From Ancylonema sp. (Eukaryota): 25,132 nt of DNA. Position 1 is the stretch's first letter; every line of letters starts with the position of its first letter. Below, one piece after another: positions 1 through 10,810 of the stretch. Made by a program: the position numbers and the translations under genes. Below the pieces are notes generated by a model that was given only the letters and a program-made list of their open reading frames with translations, had not been told where the DNA came from and did no database searches. The DNA lies in assembly GCA_050230475.1 (NCBI GenBank), contig JBFLGF010000140.1, positions 62,001-87,132 of the forward strand, written 5' to 3'.

Positions 1-1485
1 GTGGCAACTAGAGAAAGAGTGTATATTGACCTGCATCATCCCCTCCCCGCCCTGCAGCTGCTGCTGCTGATGGTACAGGGAGGGGGGTAGGTGTGGTTGC
101 TGAGGCACCTATGGGGGAGGTGTAACGAGGGCTGGGATTGGGTACGAGTAGAACGCATGCGCGTGAGGCTGGGGCTGGGGCTGGGGATGGGGGGGGGGGA
201 ATGGAGCACGGAGAAGGGAGACGGGAGGGGTTTTAAAACGAGAAACATAAAAATATAAACTTTGACTTTAACTTCAACTTTGTGTTTGCTTTTTTGTTCG
301 CTATTTGACAGAAGGGGCAAAGTGAGGCAAAAGTGAGGCAAAAGAGGCAAAAGTGAGGCAAAAGAGGCAAAAGTGAGGCAAAAGAGGCAAAAGTGAGGCC
401 AAAGAGGCAAAAGTGAGGCCAATTAGGCAAATGAGCATAGGGGACACGCACCTCGCCGGATCGACAATCTCAAGGGTCATCACGTTTGGATGCTCCACCC
501 TCAAGTTCGTTGCAATGTTTGACCCTTGTATTGAGAGGCTCTCTAAGTAGGGCCAAGCAGAGAAAGGTCGGACTCCCATCTGCTCGCATCGGATGACTTT
601 GAGCGTTTGCAGGGATTTGAATCGAGTGAGCGCGAAAAATGGGCTCTCGAAAGTTTAAGAGGCTTCGAGTGACGTGATGTTAAGGGCGTGGGCAGCCGTG
701 AATGTCAACACACCCTTGCCATAGTGAGCATGTGAAAGTCGGGGGGTAGTGAGACTCGGGCAGTGGAAGGAGCAAGGAGGCCTAACCGCGATTGCATTTT
801 CGTTGTACTCGATGGCGGTCGAGAGGTGCGTGCATTTTGGGCAATCCACGGTCACAACACGGATCACAACACCTTACATTCGAATACAAGAGTTTCCAGC
901 TCCGGGTGGCGAATGTCGATGGGATCGACGCCCAAAGGTTTCCCCTTCACAACGAACAACTGAAGCTGTGGATATTTCGACAAAAGTAATCGGAAGAAAG
1001 CCGGGTTTACGCGTTAATCAGATACCTCGAGAATCCTCAGATTCGGATCTATCACCCCCCCAATCGATGGTATGTGATTCTTATCATATCCAAGAGCTGC
1101 CGAAACCCTGAACTCCTGGGCAGCTTCGAACACCCTTAGAACGATCTGATTGGCCCTATTATTCCCGCATCTCTCCCCCTTGCTGCCTATGTTTCTCTTT
1201 CGCACAACTCCCACTCTCCTCCACAAGGTAGTGCCTTCTAGCACAACCCCCTCCCACCGCCTGTTTACGGACATGACCTCAAATAACTCTTTTTGGGGGA
1301 GGTACGAGAAAACCTATGCCAGGAGAGCAGGATCTAGATTCTTCAACTCCCTGCCGTCTCCTTCCCCTCCGCTTCCAATTCCAGAAACAGCTCCAGCCGC
1401 CTGGGACCCACGGGATGGGATTGACCCGATCAACCCTCGCCCCCGCCCCCTTCCGCCCTCCCATCTCTCTGTTCTTCACGGCCAT
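1..1485 (-). pseudogene. F-box/LRR-repeat protein pseudogene (long exon ~1485-452, intron 451-31, next exon 30 to window edge)
   Basis: Manual minus-strand translation gives an F-box motif, LKNLDPALLA*VFSYLPQKELFEVMSVNRRWEGVVLEGTTLWRRV (from ~1346), then LRR-like units IRHPELETLVF, VDCPKCTHLS, FHCPSLTTPRL, FKSLQTLKVIRC and VEHPNVMTLEI. Lesions: TAG 1314-1316, TAA 1014-1016, frameshift ~868, TAA 655-657. Donor GAG|GTGCGT at 452/451 and acceptor TGCAG|G at 31/30 keep the frame (DPAR|SIYTLSLVA). The start position is approximate. Confidence 0.75.
315..430. repeat. Minisatellite, 20-bp unit GAGGCAAAAGTGAGGCAAAA (11+9 subunits), inside the F-box pseudogene intron
   Basis: About 5-6 tandem copies read directly from the sequence; it explains the spurious ORFs 36..422 and 233..451. 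Confidence 0.9.
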
Positions 1486-1934
1486 TCACCCTGTTTCTGA
1501 TTCAGACCACATGCCAAGCTGTCGAAGCTGCAGTGGAAGTGGCATTAACTAGGAGTGCAGCGATTTTCTCGCTACACACCTGAGTCACACGGATTTCCAG
1601 CATCGTATGAACTTATATGAAAGACTCCTTTAGCCTAGACTGTCTTCAACGACCGCTGAACGAGACACAATGTATGTCGTGCTCTTTTCTTTGCCGATGA
1701 GCGGTCAGCTGCAATACTTGTGAATCAATCCTTGGCCAGGATTATCCTGGGCCAAAAGTCCTGCGAGGTATGCTGGGGGACAGAACTTCTTGTGATTTAG
1801 GGCATCGCGAGGAAGTAGTTTTCGGCAGCTTCGTTCTGGAGAACCTCGATGCAGTAGAACCTGTCTCAAGTAATATAATTGGGCTAATATTACGAAGTTG
1901 AACAAAAAATCGTTCAACTCTTGGGCGGCAGAGT

Positions 1935-2061
1935 CTTATCCAGTCCTCGTAAGAAAATCGCACCGTCGATTGATCGCGTTGTGGCATTGGATACTAGGCA
2001 CGTGCGGACCATCGTGCCAGGCCTCTTACTGGATATCAAAATCCTCCCCGAATCTCTTATC
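1935..2061 (+). promoter_or_regulatory. Light-responsive promoter module upstream of PsbQ (I-box / G-box / I-box)
   Basis: CTTATC (reverse complement of the I-box GATAAG) at 1935-1940 and 2056-2061 flanks a CACGTG G-box at 1999-2004, 170-290 bp upstream of the ATG. This arrangement is typical of photosynthesis-associated nuclear genes. Confidence 0.55.
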
Positions 2062-2227
2062 GCCATGCGTCACAGAAAGTGAAGAAGAGCGAAGAGCGCG
2101 CCCACGATCCCTTCCTTCTCTCAGCAACAGATTCAATCCCTCGGACAGTTACTTTGCAGAAGCATGCGCCATCTTCCCTTTCTGACTTACTGCTTTTGCA
2201 TTCTCTCAGAATTTAGACTACTATCCA

Positions 2228-4495
2228 ATGGCTGCCATGGCCGCTGTCGCTGCGAGTTCCTCCACTGCTCTCGTGACAAAGGTTGAAATTGGCAATGCCG
2301 CATATGTGTCAGCACAGAGCATTGCTACTCCCAAATTGGCGTCTGCACGCGTCTCCATGTCTGTGTCCACGTCTACATCTTCCCAGTCCCGCCGCTCCAT
2401 GCTTAGCCTTCTCGCGGCCACCGTGGCTGCTGGCGCTGTGGTATCGGAAGCGAATGCTGACGCTCTGAAGATCAAGCTTGAGGGACCCCCGCTCCCCAGT
2501 GGGGGACTTCGTAAGATTCTACCACCTTTCACATACCTCCGGCCTAGTTCTGATTATTTTCTTCAAATTATGCTGGCATCAAACAGTTCACAGAAGGCAT
2601 CGATACCGGTATCAACGACGGTCTTCCAGGGCACATTCATCCCGCTCGTATGGGGGTTGCTGATTCAAATTCTTAACAAAACCACACCCTTCAGACGCAA
2701 AGGTCTTCTAAATGTCCTCATGCTGCATTCTGACCCGCATAGTTTTCCTGCTTGCATCCCTACTGCGTTCTGTTCTAGCGCACTTGCAGTTCTCAGTCAA
2801 CTGTCTTTGAGCTATGCCAAATTTTCTGACTCAAACATGTTCCTGGATTTCTGTGGAGGTCTCTGCGAACTGCTTTATGAAGTGTATCTGGTTTGTCTCT
2901 AGCGCTTCTAGCTACTGCCCTGCTGCTGGCACAGAATCAAGCACTTTGCTGGCGCCCAGCTTTGTAGAGGAATGAGGCATGAGGCATGAGGCATGCTCGT
3001 CAGCTTTTCTGAAATGTAACACTACTGTAGGAAGGATTTTCGCATCCCTGCATCTGAAACACTTCTCAAGCATTAGAACCACTATTTCCTTCTCGATTTC
3101 TATGCGCATTGACGTTCTACAGGCAGTAATTGTAGCTTGATTCTGGACATTTTGCTGCTGGCCAATTCTGAGCGGTTTGACAACTTTTTGCTGTGCTTTC
3201 TTACAAACACAATGCAGAACTTTCTGCAGCAATATCACGGAATGACTGCTCACACTACATTGACATCATTTATTTCACCTTGTGATGGATCATGTTTTTC
3301 TCAAGGCTCTAGAATGTGACACAGCAATTGCAAGGTCTCAGGAATGCAGGAAACATTCACCAGCCCTATCTTGCCCCTGCCTGTCTCTGTTCCTCTTTTC
3401 TGCTCGTTTGACTGACAGAAATCTACTTGTGAAGCAGGCATAGTAAAGCAGGCATCGGGCTATCGTTGTGTATTTTCATTTCCGTTCCTGGTGCCCCATC
3501 TGCTTATGTAACAGGAACAGCACTCGCGACACTGGAACTCAGTCGCATTATACTGCTCAACATCCAGTGGATCTCATAACCTCATTCTTCAAATTGTGAT
3601 GCCTAACATATCCGCGTCCGATGGACCTGTCCACGTCACCAACATTTTTCGTCTCCTTCGTCTGTTTCTTTTTCCAGCTGGAACGGACAACGCGGACCAG
3701 GCCCGAGACACCGATGCCCCCCTCAAGGAGCGATTCTTTCTGCAGTCCCTAGAGCCCGCTGAGGCTTTGGCCCGTGCCAAGGAGTCAGCCGAGCAGATCA
3801 TCGCGGTGAAGGGCCTGATTGAGAAGAAGGCATGGCCGTACGTCCAGAACGACCTCCGTAGCAAGGCTGGGTACCTCAGATTTGATCTGACCACGGTTAT
3901 CAACGCCAAGCCCAAGGAGGAGAAGAAGGAGCTCACTGCCCTCACCAACAAGCTCTACGACTCGATTGCTGCTGTAAGTTCCAAGTTTCTTCATTCCAAA
4001 TTGCTAAAGTGACTGTTTCTTTTTCCTTGACGCCATACACAAATAAACACAGTCACCCTCATGTACATGATACAGGAACTGCTGCCTCTTAAACTGCACA
4101 TTTATTATATGTTATCTTTTTATGATTGCATGCGCGGTTCAATATACTCCTCCATACAGGAAGAGTACTGAAGCGTGACCTTCTTTACCAGGTCCCCAGG
4201 CCAATTCTCTGTGCGGAGGACAGGCTTTGTTCTTTTTTTGGACTTAGTACGGTGTCATGCTTGAAATCTAGCCCCTTTTCCAACGGATGATATTGTACTC
4301 GTCAGGCTTGGGAACCAGAAAAGTTGTTAGTTTTTTGCAGTAGATACGCTGTGATTGCCCTTTGAATATAATAACGCCCTTGTTACATTTTCTTTTCAGT
4401 TGGATTATGCCGCCCGAATGAAGAAGATTGAATCCGCCACCTAGAGCTATGACGAGACCGTGGAGTTGCTCAAGGATGTGTTTGCCAAGGCCTAA
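2228..4495 (+). CDS. PSBQ: Photosystem II oxygen-evolving enhancer protein 3 (PsbQ/OEE3); exons 2228-2510, 3678-3973, 4400-4495; in-frame TAG at 4442-4444
   Basis: Ser/Ala-rich transit peptide and twin-arginine signal ([24 protein letters not shown]). Mature protein [32 protein letters not shown]...[22 protein letters not shown]...[41 protein letters not shown] introns 2511-3677 (phase 1) and 3974-4399 (phase 0) join in frame. Confidence 0.95.
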
Positions 4496-5040
4496 TTTTG
4501 TTTATAGCAAAACAAAGCTAGCAAAGATTTTGTGTGATTTTATCGTGTTGTAATAGAGTCGTGTGGGTTTTGCCTTCGTCCTTGGTGTGCTAACCGGCTC
4601 GCCAAACAGATGTGAGTGGAGTGTTGAAGTTGTTTGGTTGTTACTTGGTTGAATGCAAGCAAGCCGATTCTTCGATGGCCATGAGGGCGCCTTTCTTTGG
4701 TTGATGTAGATTATTTTCGACGAAGTGAAAAGGTTTATGAGGTAGTCAAGGTTTTGTATATATAGGAGTCACGCTTGTCGAAGTATAACATTCGTATTCT
4801 GACATGCAATTCATTGAGCGATTATATCAGGGTCACAAGGATCGAGCTACTCACATACACTGCATGTTTAAAGGACACAAATTTTGTCTAAACCATACAC
4901 ATCATAGGCCCCATTCACAATGAATTATTGCATGGTGGAAGTCGAAGACATAAAAAGTCGAAAATTCGTCTACATATGGATTGATAAGCTTGACATGCGC
5001 GCCGGAAAATGTGCGCGCCGGCTCGAAGCCAGAGCGCGCG

Positions 5041-5095
5041 CGCGCGCCAGTTCGGAGCCGGGCTCGCAAAATCCGCGAGCGGAGTGGGACCCACT
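5041..5095. repeat. GC-rich ~55-bp hairpin-containing repeat, copy 1 (copy 2 at 5617-5671)
   Basis: GGGCTCGCAAAATCCGCGAGCGGAGTGGGACCCACT (5060-5095) versus GGGCTCGCAAATTCCGCGAGCGGAGCGGGACCCACT (5636-5671), 2 mismatches; contains the stem GCTCGC/GCGAGC. Confidence 0.8.
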
Positions 5096-5616
5096 GAAGA
5101 AAACAAAAAAAAACACATGGTAGCCCCGCTCCCCGCTAAGCGGTGGACTATTATCCTTGCGTAGCACTGTTTCATTACACTTTGTACTCCGTCATTATCC
5201 CGTCCCCGTTTGCAATTCCCCTTGACATTTGCAAGCTACAATTCTGTCGTTTAGCGCGACTCCCGTTTATCGATTTTTTCCATACCGTATTTTTTCGTTG
5301 GCCTCCCAGTCCTTCGTAATGTGTGACACTCATTGATTCAGTTTGTCGTACAATCTATTTAGATTTTACAGAAATCCAGCATCTGATGACTGAGCACTGT
5401 TTAGTGCCCGGTCCCTCCCCCAAATGTTATCCGAGTCCGGTAACGCCAGAAGATCTTTGAGATTCTACATAATCTTTCAGGTGCCAAAAAAAAGTAACCA
5501 TCAGAAGTACCGCGAAGTACCGCGAAGTACCCGTAACTAGTAACTACCTGCTTAGCAAAGGAGGATTTGTACTTTGTCGCATTTCCATGTTTTGTTTTTG
5601 CCAAGTGGGTCGCGGA

Positions 5617-5671
5617 CGCGCGCTGGCTCGTAGCTGGGCTCGCAAATTCCGCGAGCGGAGCGGGACCCACT
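5617..5671. repeat. GC-rich ~55-bp hairpin-containing repeat, copy 2
   Basis: Direct repeat of 5041-5095. Confidence 0.8.
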
Positions 5672-5872
5672 ATGGTAGGTAGTACCTACTAGGTACCATG
5701 GGATATCAAAGTACCCGAAGTGGCCACACTCGATTACCCGGGATTTTTATTTCGAATGAATTAAGGTGATGAACCACCATTTTACCCAACCCACGCACCC
5801 AAAAGAAAATTTCTCAAAGTCCATTTTTTAAAAATAAAGGTGACCCACATTATAAAATGACCCACTTTTTCT

Positions 5873-6008
5873 TTGGCGACTCAGCCCTGCCCCCTACCCT
5901 CCTCATTTCTTCCCCCTATTCTTATTTTTCTTACAAAACTTCCCGCATTTTTTTTTACAAATAGACACAACTGTTTCTAAAACGGTGTATACCCAAAAAG
6001 TCCTACGT
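5873..6008. repeat. Dispersed ~135-bp repeat, copy 1 (copy 2 at 10291-10423)
   Basis: TTGGCGACTCAGCCCT(G/A)CCCCCTACCCTCCTCA...GACACAA...CGGTGTATA...TCCTACGT occurs in both places in the same orientation. Confidence 0.8.
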
Positions 6009-6527
6009 GGCTTACGAGCTATACGAGCTTACGAGCCATACAAGTGCGTCATGATACCAATACATGCGGATGGACAAAATGTACCACACAACTTTATGCG
6101 GAGAGTTAGGGAGGTACTAAGGTTGTTACAAAGCAACACCGGACACGCTCATTATGTTGGACATGGAGTAAAAGTAGTGGACGGTTTTAACAATGAACAA
6201 CATGGAGATTTTTTTTTGGTAGGCAATAAATATACTGTAGTGGCCATACATAATGACCCGGGTATAAAAAAAAAACAATCAATTTTTGTCGTGACCCACC
6301 AACTTGACCCGGGCAAAATATATTTACTATCCCGTGACCCACAATTATGACCCGGGTAAAATATATTTATTATACCGTGCCTGGCAAGCAAAATGACCCA
6401 CATTAAAACAACACGCGATTTGTACCGCACAAGTACCGTACTAATTATGGCATTGTACACCTTGGGGGGGGTATCTTTCGGCCATCTTCTTTTTTCCTGA
6501 TATTTGCGAGGTTTTTTTTTCACTCTA

Positions 6528-7151
6528 CCGTTCACTTTCCACAAAAAAATCCGTTCACTTTCCTCATCTCATCCGTTCACTTTACACTAAAAAAACTCGT
6601 TCACTTTCCTTTACCTTAAATTCATTCGCCGTTCATCCATTCACTTTACAGTGAAAAATCCGTTCACATTTCTTTACCTCAAATTCATTTGCCATTCGTC
6701 CGTTCACTTCACACTGAAAAATCCGTTCACTTCCCTTTACCTCAACTTCATTCGCCGTTCATCCGTTCACTTTACACTCTAAAACCCGTTCACTTTCCTT
6801 CATCTCAAAATTATTCCCCGTTCATCCGTTCACTTTACACTAAATAACTCGTTCACTTTCCTTGACCTCAAATTCATTCGCCATTCATCCGTTCACTTTA
6901 CACTGAAAAAACCGTTCACTTTCCTTCACCTCAAATTCATTCGCCGTTCATCCGTTCACTTTACACTCTAAAACCCGTTCACTTTCCTTTACCTCAATTT
7001 CATTCGCCGTTCATCCGTTCACTTTACACGGAAAAATCCGTTCACTTTCCTTCACCTCAAATTCATTCGTCGTTCATCCGTTCACTTTACACTCTAGAAC
7101 CCGTTCACTTTCCTTCATCTCAATTTTACTTGCCGTTCATCCGTTCACTTT
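6528..7151. repeat. 63-bp tandem minisatellite, 9 full units plus partial ends, each with three CCGTTCA motifs
   Basis: Unit starts (consensus CCGTTCACTTTACAC) at 6573, 6637, 6700, 6763, 6826, 6889, 6952, 7015, 7078 and 7141. Confidence 0.95.
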
Positions 7152-8585
7152 CGTTCAAAAGCCTTATCTCGATGGGGTGCATTGTCGGCTCTAGATTGCG
7201 GCCTTGCAGACTGCAGCAGACTCTCAGACCTGAACACTGACTCGTGAAGTGGAAGAGTAGTGAAGAGTTAATAGTGATAGAGTATGAGTAGTGTGTAGTG
7301 AGTAGTGACTAGTAAGTGAGTGTGTGGAGATATCCACATTCTTTCGGTTTTCCGATTTTTTCCATACTTTTTGGAATTTTGAAGGGTATATTGTGGTTTA
7401 AAAAATCTGGAAACTCTATGTTGTTTATCATGTTAGCTTTTGCATGGTGCAAAAATGTAAGAAAAATATGCACCTTAATTGTTCCCCAACATGTCCATTT
7501 CCCCCCCTAAATTTGTGAAAAGGAAACCAATGACGATCGATTACGCCGCTACCGGGACCACGATTGATTCTTGGCGATCGATTTTATTCGTAAAAACGAA
7601 TAAAATCGATTTTACGATGTTGACCCACTACGCCGAATTTCGGAATTTATGGCGTGACCCAACCCCTAAAAATGATTTATTTTATTTGACCCGACCCACC
7701 CTTTCAATAATTATTTGCGGGTCATTATGTATGACAAGTACGGTATTCGTAATGCAAAGAAGTTCACTTTTTCCGAATTGTGCATCCCAAACAAAGTACA
7801 CGATTTTTTATACATCCCAACATACCAAAATAATCCAAATTATTTGTGTACAATTTCGCAATCGAAAATATTTTACGAGATTGTCACCAAAAACTTTAAT
7901 ACGGCATAACAATCTAATATCGACCCTAAGCTACATGAAAGAATTATTGAATATTAGTCTACTTCTCACCCATAATTTTCATCACTTGCATCGACGTAAT
8001 TTTGTTCGCAAGACGCTGAAGCTCTAAAATATATTTGTCATCGCACTCCGGACATTCCATGACAACATTATGAACGTGTTTTCTAGTTTGTAGCCTCCCT
8101 CCGCGATTATCTTCTGAACCGCGGTCTTGGCAAGTTCTACAGCTGTGAGATCAGTTGATGCGCTCTCCCCGTGGACAATGTAGCTCATATTGCAGCTATC
8201 TTCTGCCATCGATGCAAGAAGTAACAGACTTCACACACTAGAAACAAACATTTACCGCGTTACAAACACACACAACAAAAGTTCAAGTTTGAAGTAGACT
8301 GATTGAATGCAGAAATCTGCGTGCAAGTCAAGACTGAGTACAATAAAGTGTGATCCATGCCCCCTCCTACTCAAAGATCTCTACTGATCGAACCTATAAA
8401 GTCAACACCAACCGTATTCAAATATTTTGCCAGATCATCTAAACTCATCGACAAGCTGCCAGATGGCCGAAACTAACATCACAATCATATCGACGGGCAA
8501 AACGACAAAATCGGCAAAACTTAAACTTAACTTCCGAACAAGCCCTAAAATCGATATATCGACAAAAGTTCACAGACCCTAAAAA

Positions 8586-8873
8586 CTAACACCCCCTCCT
8601 TGGGAACTTTTCCCCCCTTGGTAATGGTAAGCAACGATATCGATTTTTCACAAGTTCCCTACTTCTCGTGAACCAAACGAACAAGTGCACAATTGACCTT
8701 CAACACCTTGACAGACACATCTTTTGTAAGCATGTCAGCATCCTACTCCTCACTCTTGACAAACCTCAACTCCATCTTCTTTTTAGACACCCTCTCCTTG
8801 ATCGAATGATATTTAATTTCAATGTGATTAGACCTTTTGTAAAATACAGGGTTTATGTCAACTTCATGGAACT
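8586..8873 (-). mobile_element. Ty1/copia remnant: RNase H C-terminus (8873-8659), polypurine tract (8601-8592) and start of a 3' LTR (TGTTAG from 8591, extending leftward)
   Basis: Minus-strand translation NPVFYKRSNHIEIKYHSIKERVSKKKMELRFVKSEE*DADMLTKDV matches the copia RNase H signature NPVFHxRTKHIxxxYHFIRE...QxADxLTK. It is followed by AAGGAGGGGG|TGTTAG. Confidence 0.85.
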
Positions 8874-9275
8874 CTCTAAGCTTCTTTTGTGTCCATGATT
8901 GGTTAATGTGACATAATTCGGAAACGGCCTTCCTCCTGCTCCAGTTAGCGATACTTGTGTCTTTTTAACAACAGGTAACGTTAACATTGGAAGAGTGTAA
9001 CTTGTGAGTGCTTCGCAACCGAGGAGGAACGACTGCTACATATACAGGAGCTTAGTTCTGGACCATCCGAGGAGGACAGAGGCGGCGTTCTCTTGATATG
9101 ACATATGGAACAACTCGAATACGTTGTAGAGAATTTGAGGTGGTGTTCATGAGGTTTCTTGATTTTTCTCGATTTCCATACATCGGTATCTGCGAGCAAT
9201 AGCGTTACATACACATTACAACGACATTCAATAACAAATTTCTCAAATAATTTGTCATGATATAAAGTGTCGTTA

Positions 9276-9891
9276 CAGTGCAGTCTCGATATCGTGACAA
9301 TTTTATAGACATGAGGATTTAATGTCACTATATCGAATGCCAGGGCTGTCACTATACACTGTATAGTGACATTTGATAGGGCGACAATAGGCAAATGTCA
9401 CTATATTGATAGAAAGTGAAATGCGGGTCGATATGTTTAACGGAGGTGGCTCATTCAAACGACGTTTGTTATAACATCCTCTCGCTACAGTAAAACCTCT
9501 CTACATGACTAATGTTGGAACCATAAATAAAAAAATAAAAAAATGAAAAAATAAAAAAATAAAAAAATAAAAAAATAAAAAAATAAAAAAATAAAAAAAG
9601 ACTGGTTAATAATTTACGCGTCTCATTTTGGGTAAAAATAATTCGGGCGGAATATTTGGCATTAAAATTGACAGGTTATTAATTTTCACAGTATAAATTT
9701 AAACACGTTTCACCGTACAGTGACATCGCAATATTGAAACCTGGGAAATTTTGGTCACTATAGCGCGTGTCACTATAACGATTGTCATGATATAGAGTAG
9801 GTTTTCATATAGGATTAGAAGAAGGGCAAAATAAATGTCATTATATCGAGATTGTCACTGTAGAGTGTGTCACTATATCAAGACTGCACTG
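9276..9891. mobile_element. pogo/Tigger-like (Tc1/mariner superfamily) MITE with 24-bp TIRs and TA TSD
   Basis: TA|CAGTGCAGTCTCGATATCGTGACA at 9276 and TGTCACTATATCAAGACTGCACTG|TA ending at 9891 (22/24 complementary); multiple subterminal TGTCACTATA motifs. Confidence 0.85.
9488..9715. mobile_element. Emigrant/Lemi1-like MITE nested in the 9276-9891 MITE
   Basis: TA|CAGTAAAACCTCTCTACATGACTA ... TATAAATTTAAACACGTTTCACCG|TA. Both ends resemble the Emigrant TIR as I recall it (CAGTAAAACCTCTATAAATTAATA). An A-rich microsatellite lies inside at ~9525-9599. Confidence 0.7.
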
Positions 9892-10290
9892 TATGCTTAT
9901 ATGAGGGCGATTTCATATTGATTTTTAAGAAGTTCAAAAAAAGTGTCGTTATATCGAGGTTGTCGTTATAAAGAGGGTCGTTATATTAAGGGAGCACCGT
10001 ACTTCACACATGAGCATGTGTACACTCAAACACGAATATAAGAAAAGTTGAATTGGTGTATGATATGTGCTACAAGGAAACGAGGAGTGCACCGCATGCC
10101 TAGGAGTCATAATATTCATCACAATTTTTATGATTCTAGTTTTTCGATCCCTCGATATTTCAGTATATTGATATGTGCGAGAAATTGTAGGCGAAAAGTA
10201 TCATAATGAGCGCAACATTCCATATGGCATACAATAGGAGATTTGAATGTCATCTAGTGGAAGTTGGATGTACTTATGCCGAAAGTAGCG

Positions 10291-10423
10291 TTGGCGACTC
10301 AGCCCTACCCCCTACCCTCCTCAATTCTTTTCCCTATTCTTCTTTTTCTTACAATACCTCGCCCAAAATTATTATACAAAAAGACACAATTGTTCCTAAA
10401 TCGGTGTATAAAAATTCCTACGT
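10291..10423. repeat. Dispersed ~135-bp repeat, copy 2
   Basis: Direct repeat of 5873-6008. Confidence 0.8.
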
Positions 10424-10810
10424 AACTTTGGAAAAAAACCACATGATCATTATGAATAATGTAAACGTTGAGATTCCCAACACCAAATAAGCAGTGGATA
10501 TCAATTCAGGAAGCTGAATTCCCCTCTCACTCATCTCTTTGTGTAGTTTTAGATAGGATTCATTTGCGTATTTGGTCAGGGCCAACCTCGCATCCCGTAT
10601 GTCTTTGGTCAGTTCCACCTTGGTGTCATTCTGCCGTTTGGTGAGCCTCTCTTCACTCTTTTGCAAGTCTTCTCTTAGGCCTGTCACGTCTTCCTCAACT
10701 CTTTGGACGTCCTTCCTAATTCCGTCGACCTCCTTCAATTTTATATCCATCTTCTCAAAGCCTTTTTGCACGCTCAGTGCAGAGTACGCCTCGCCAAATG
10801 TATTGGGAAG
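10418..10810 (-). other. Putative exon encoding a coiled-coil protein with a hydrophobic C-terminus; gene family unknown, probably a pseudogene or transposon-derived
   Basis: Open frame from the acceptor TTTTATTGTGTAG|CTT (10810): LPNTFGEAYSALSVQKGFEKMDIKLKEVDGIRKDVQRVEEDVTGLREDLQKSEERLTKRQ..., with heptad periodicity. Confidence 0.4.

Larger units (their letters stand above)
8985..9999 (+). mobile_element. 3' remnant of a pogo/Tigger-like DNA transposon that hosts two nested MITEs
   Basis: Right TIR-like end ...GTCGTTATATTAAGGGAGCACCG|TA (9999/10000) with repeated subterminal TGTCGTTATA motifs. Upstream decayed frame ...TEEERLLHIQELSSGPSEED...LQRHSITNFS resembles the acidic tail and PIP-box of pogo transposases. 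No left TIR seen. Confidence 0.45.

Noticed and set aside
2511..2902. C-terminal half of the 224-aa ORF 2228..2902 as real protein
   Set aside because: It is read-through into PsbQ intron 1; homology resumes at 3678.
6528..7151. CRISPR-like array
   Set aside because: The sequences between the repeated motifs are themselves conserved, so there are no unique spacers; no cas genes; eukaryotic context.
7479..8027. 182-aa ORF
   Set aside because: AT-rich repeat-arm sequence with hairpins, atypical composition and no motif.
655..8745. Non-standard genetic code (TAA/TAG = Gln) or nuclear U-to-C editing to explain in-frame stops in the F-box gene, PsbQ and copia RNase H
   Set aside because: PsbQ ends at TAA and OHP2 at TAG exactly where homologues end. 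The F-box and copia pieces also have frameshifts, so ordinary decay is sufficient.
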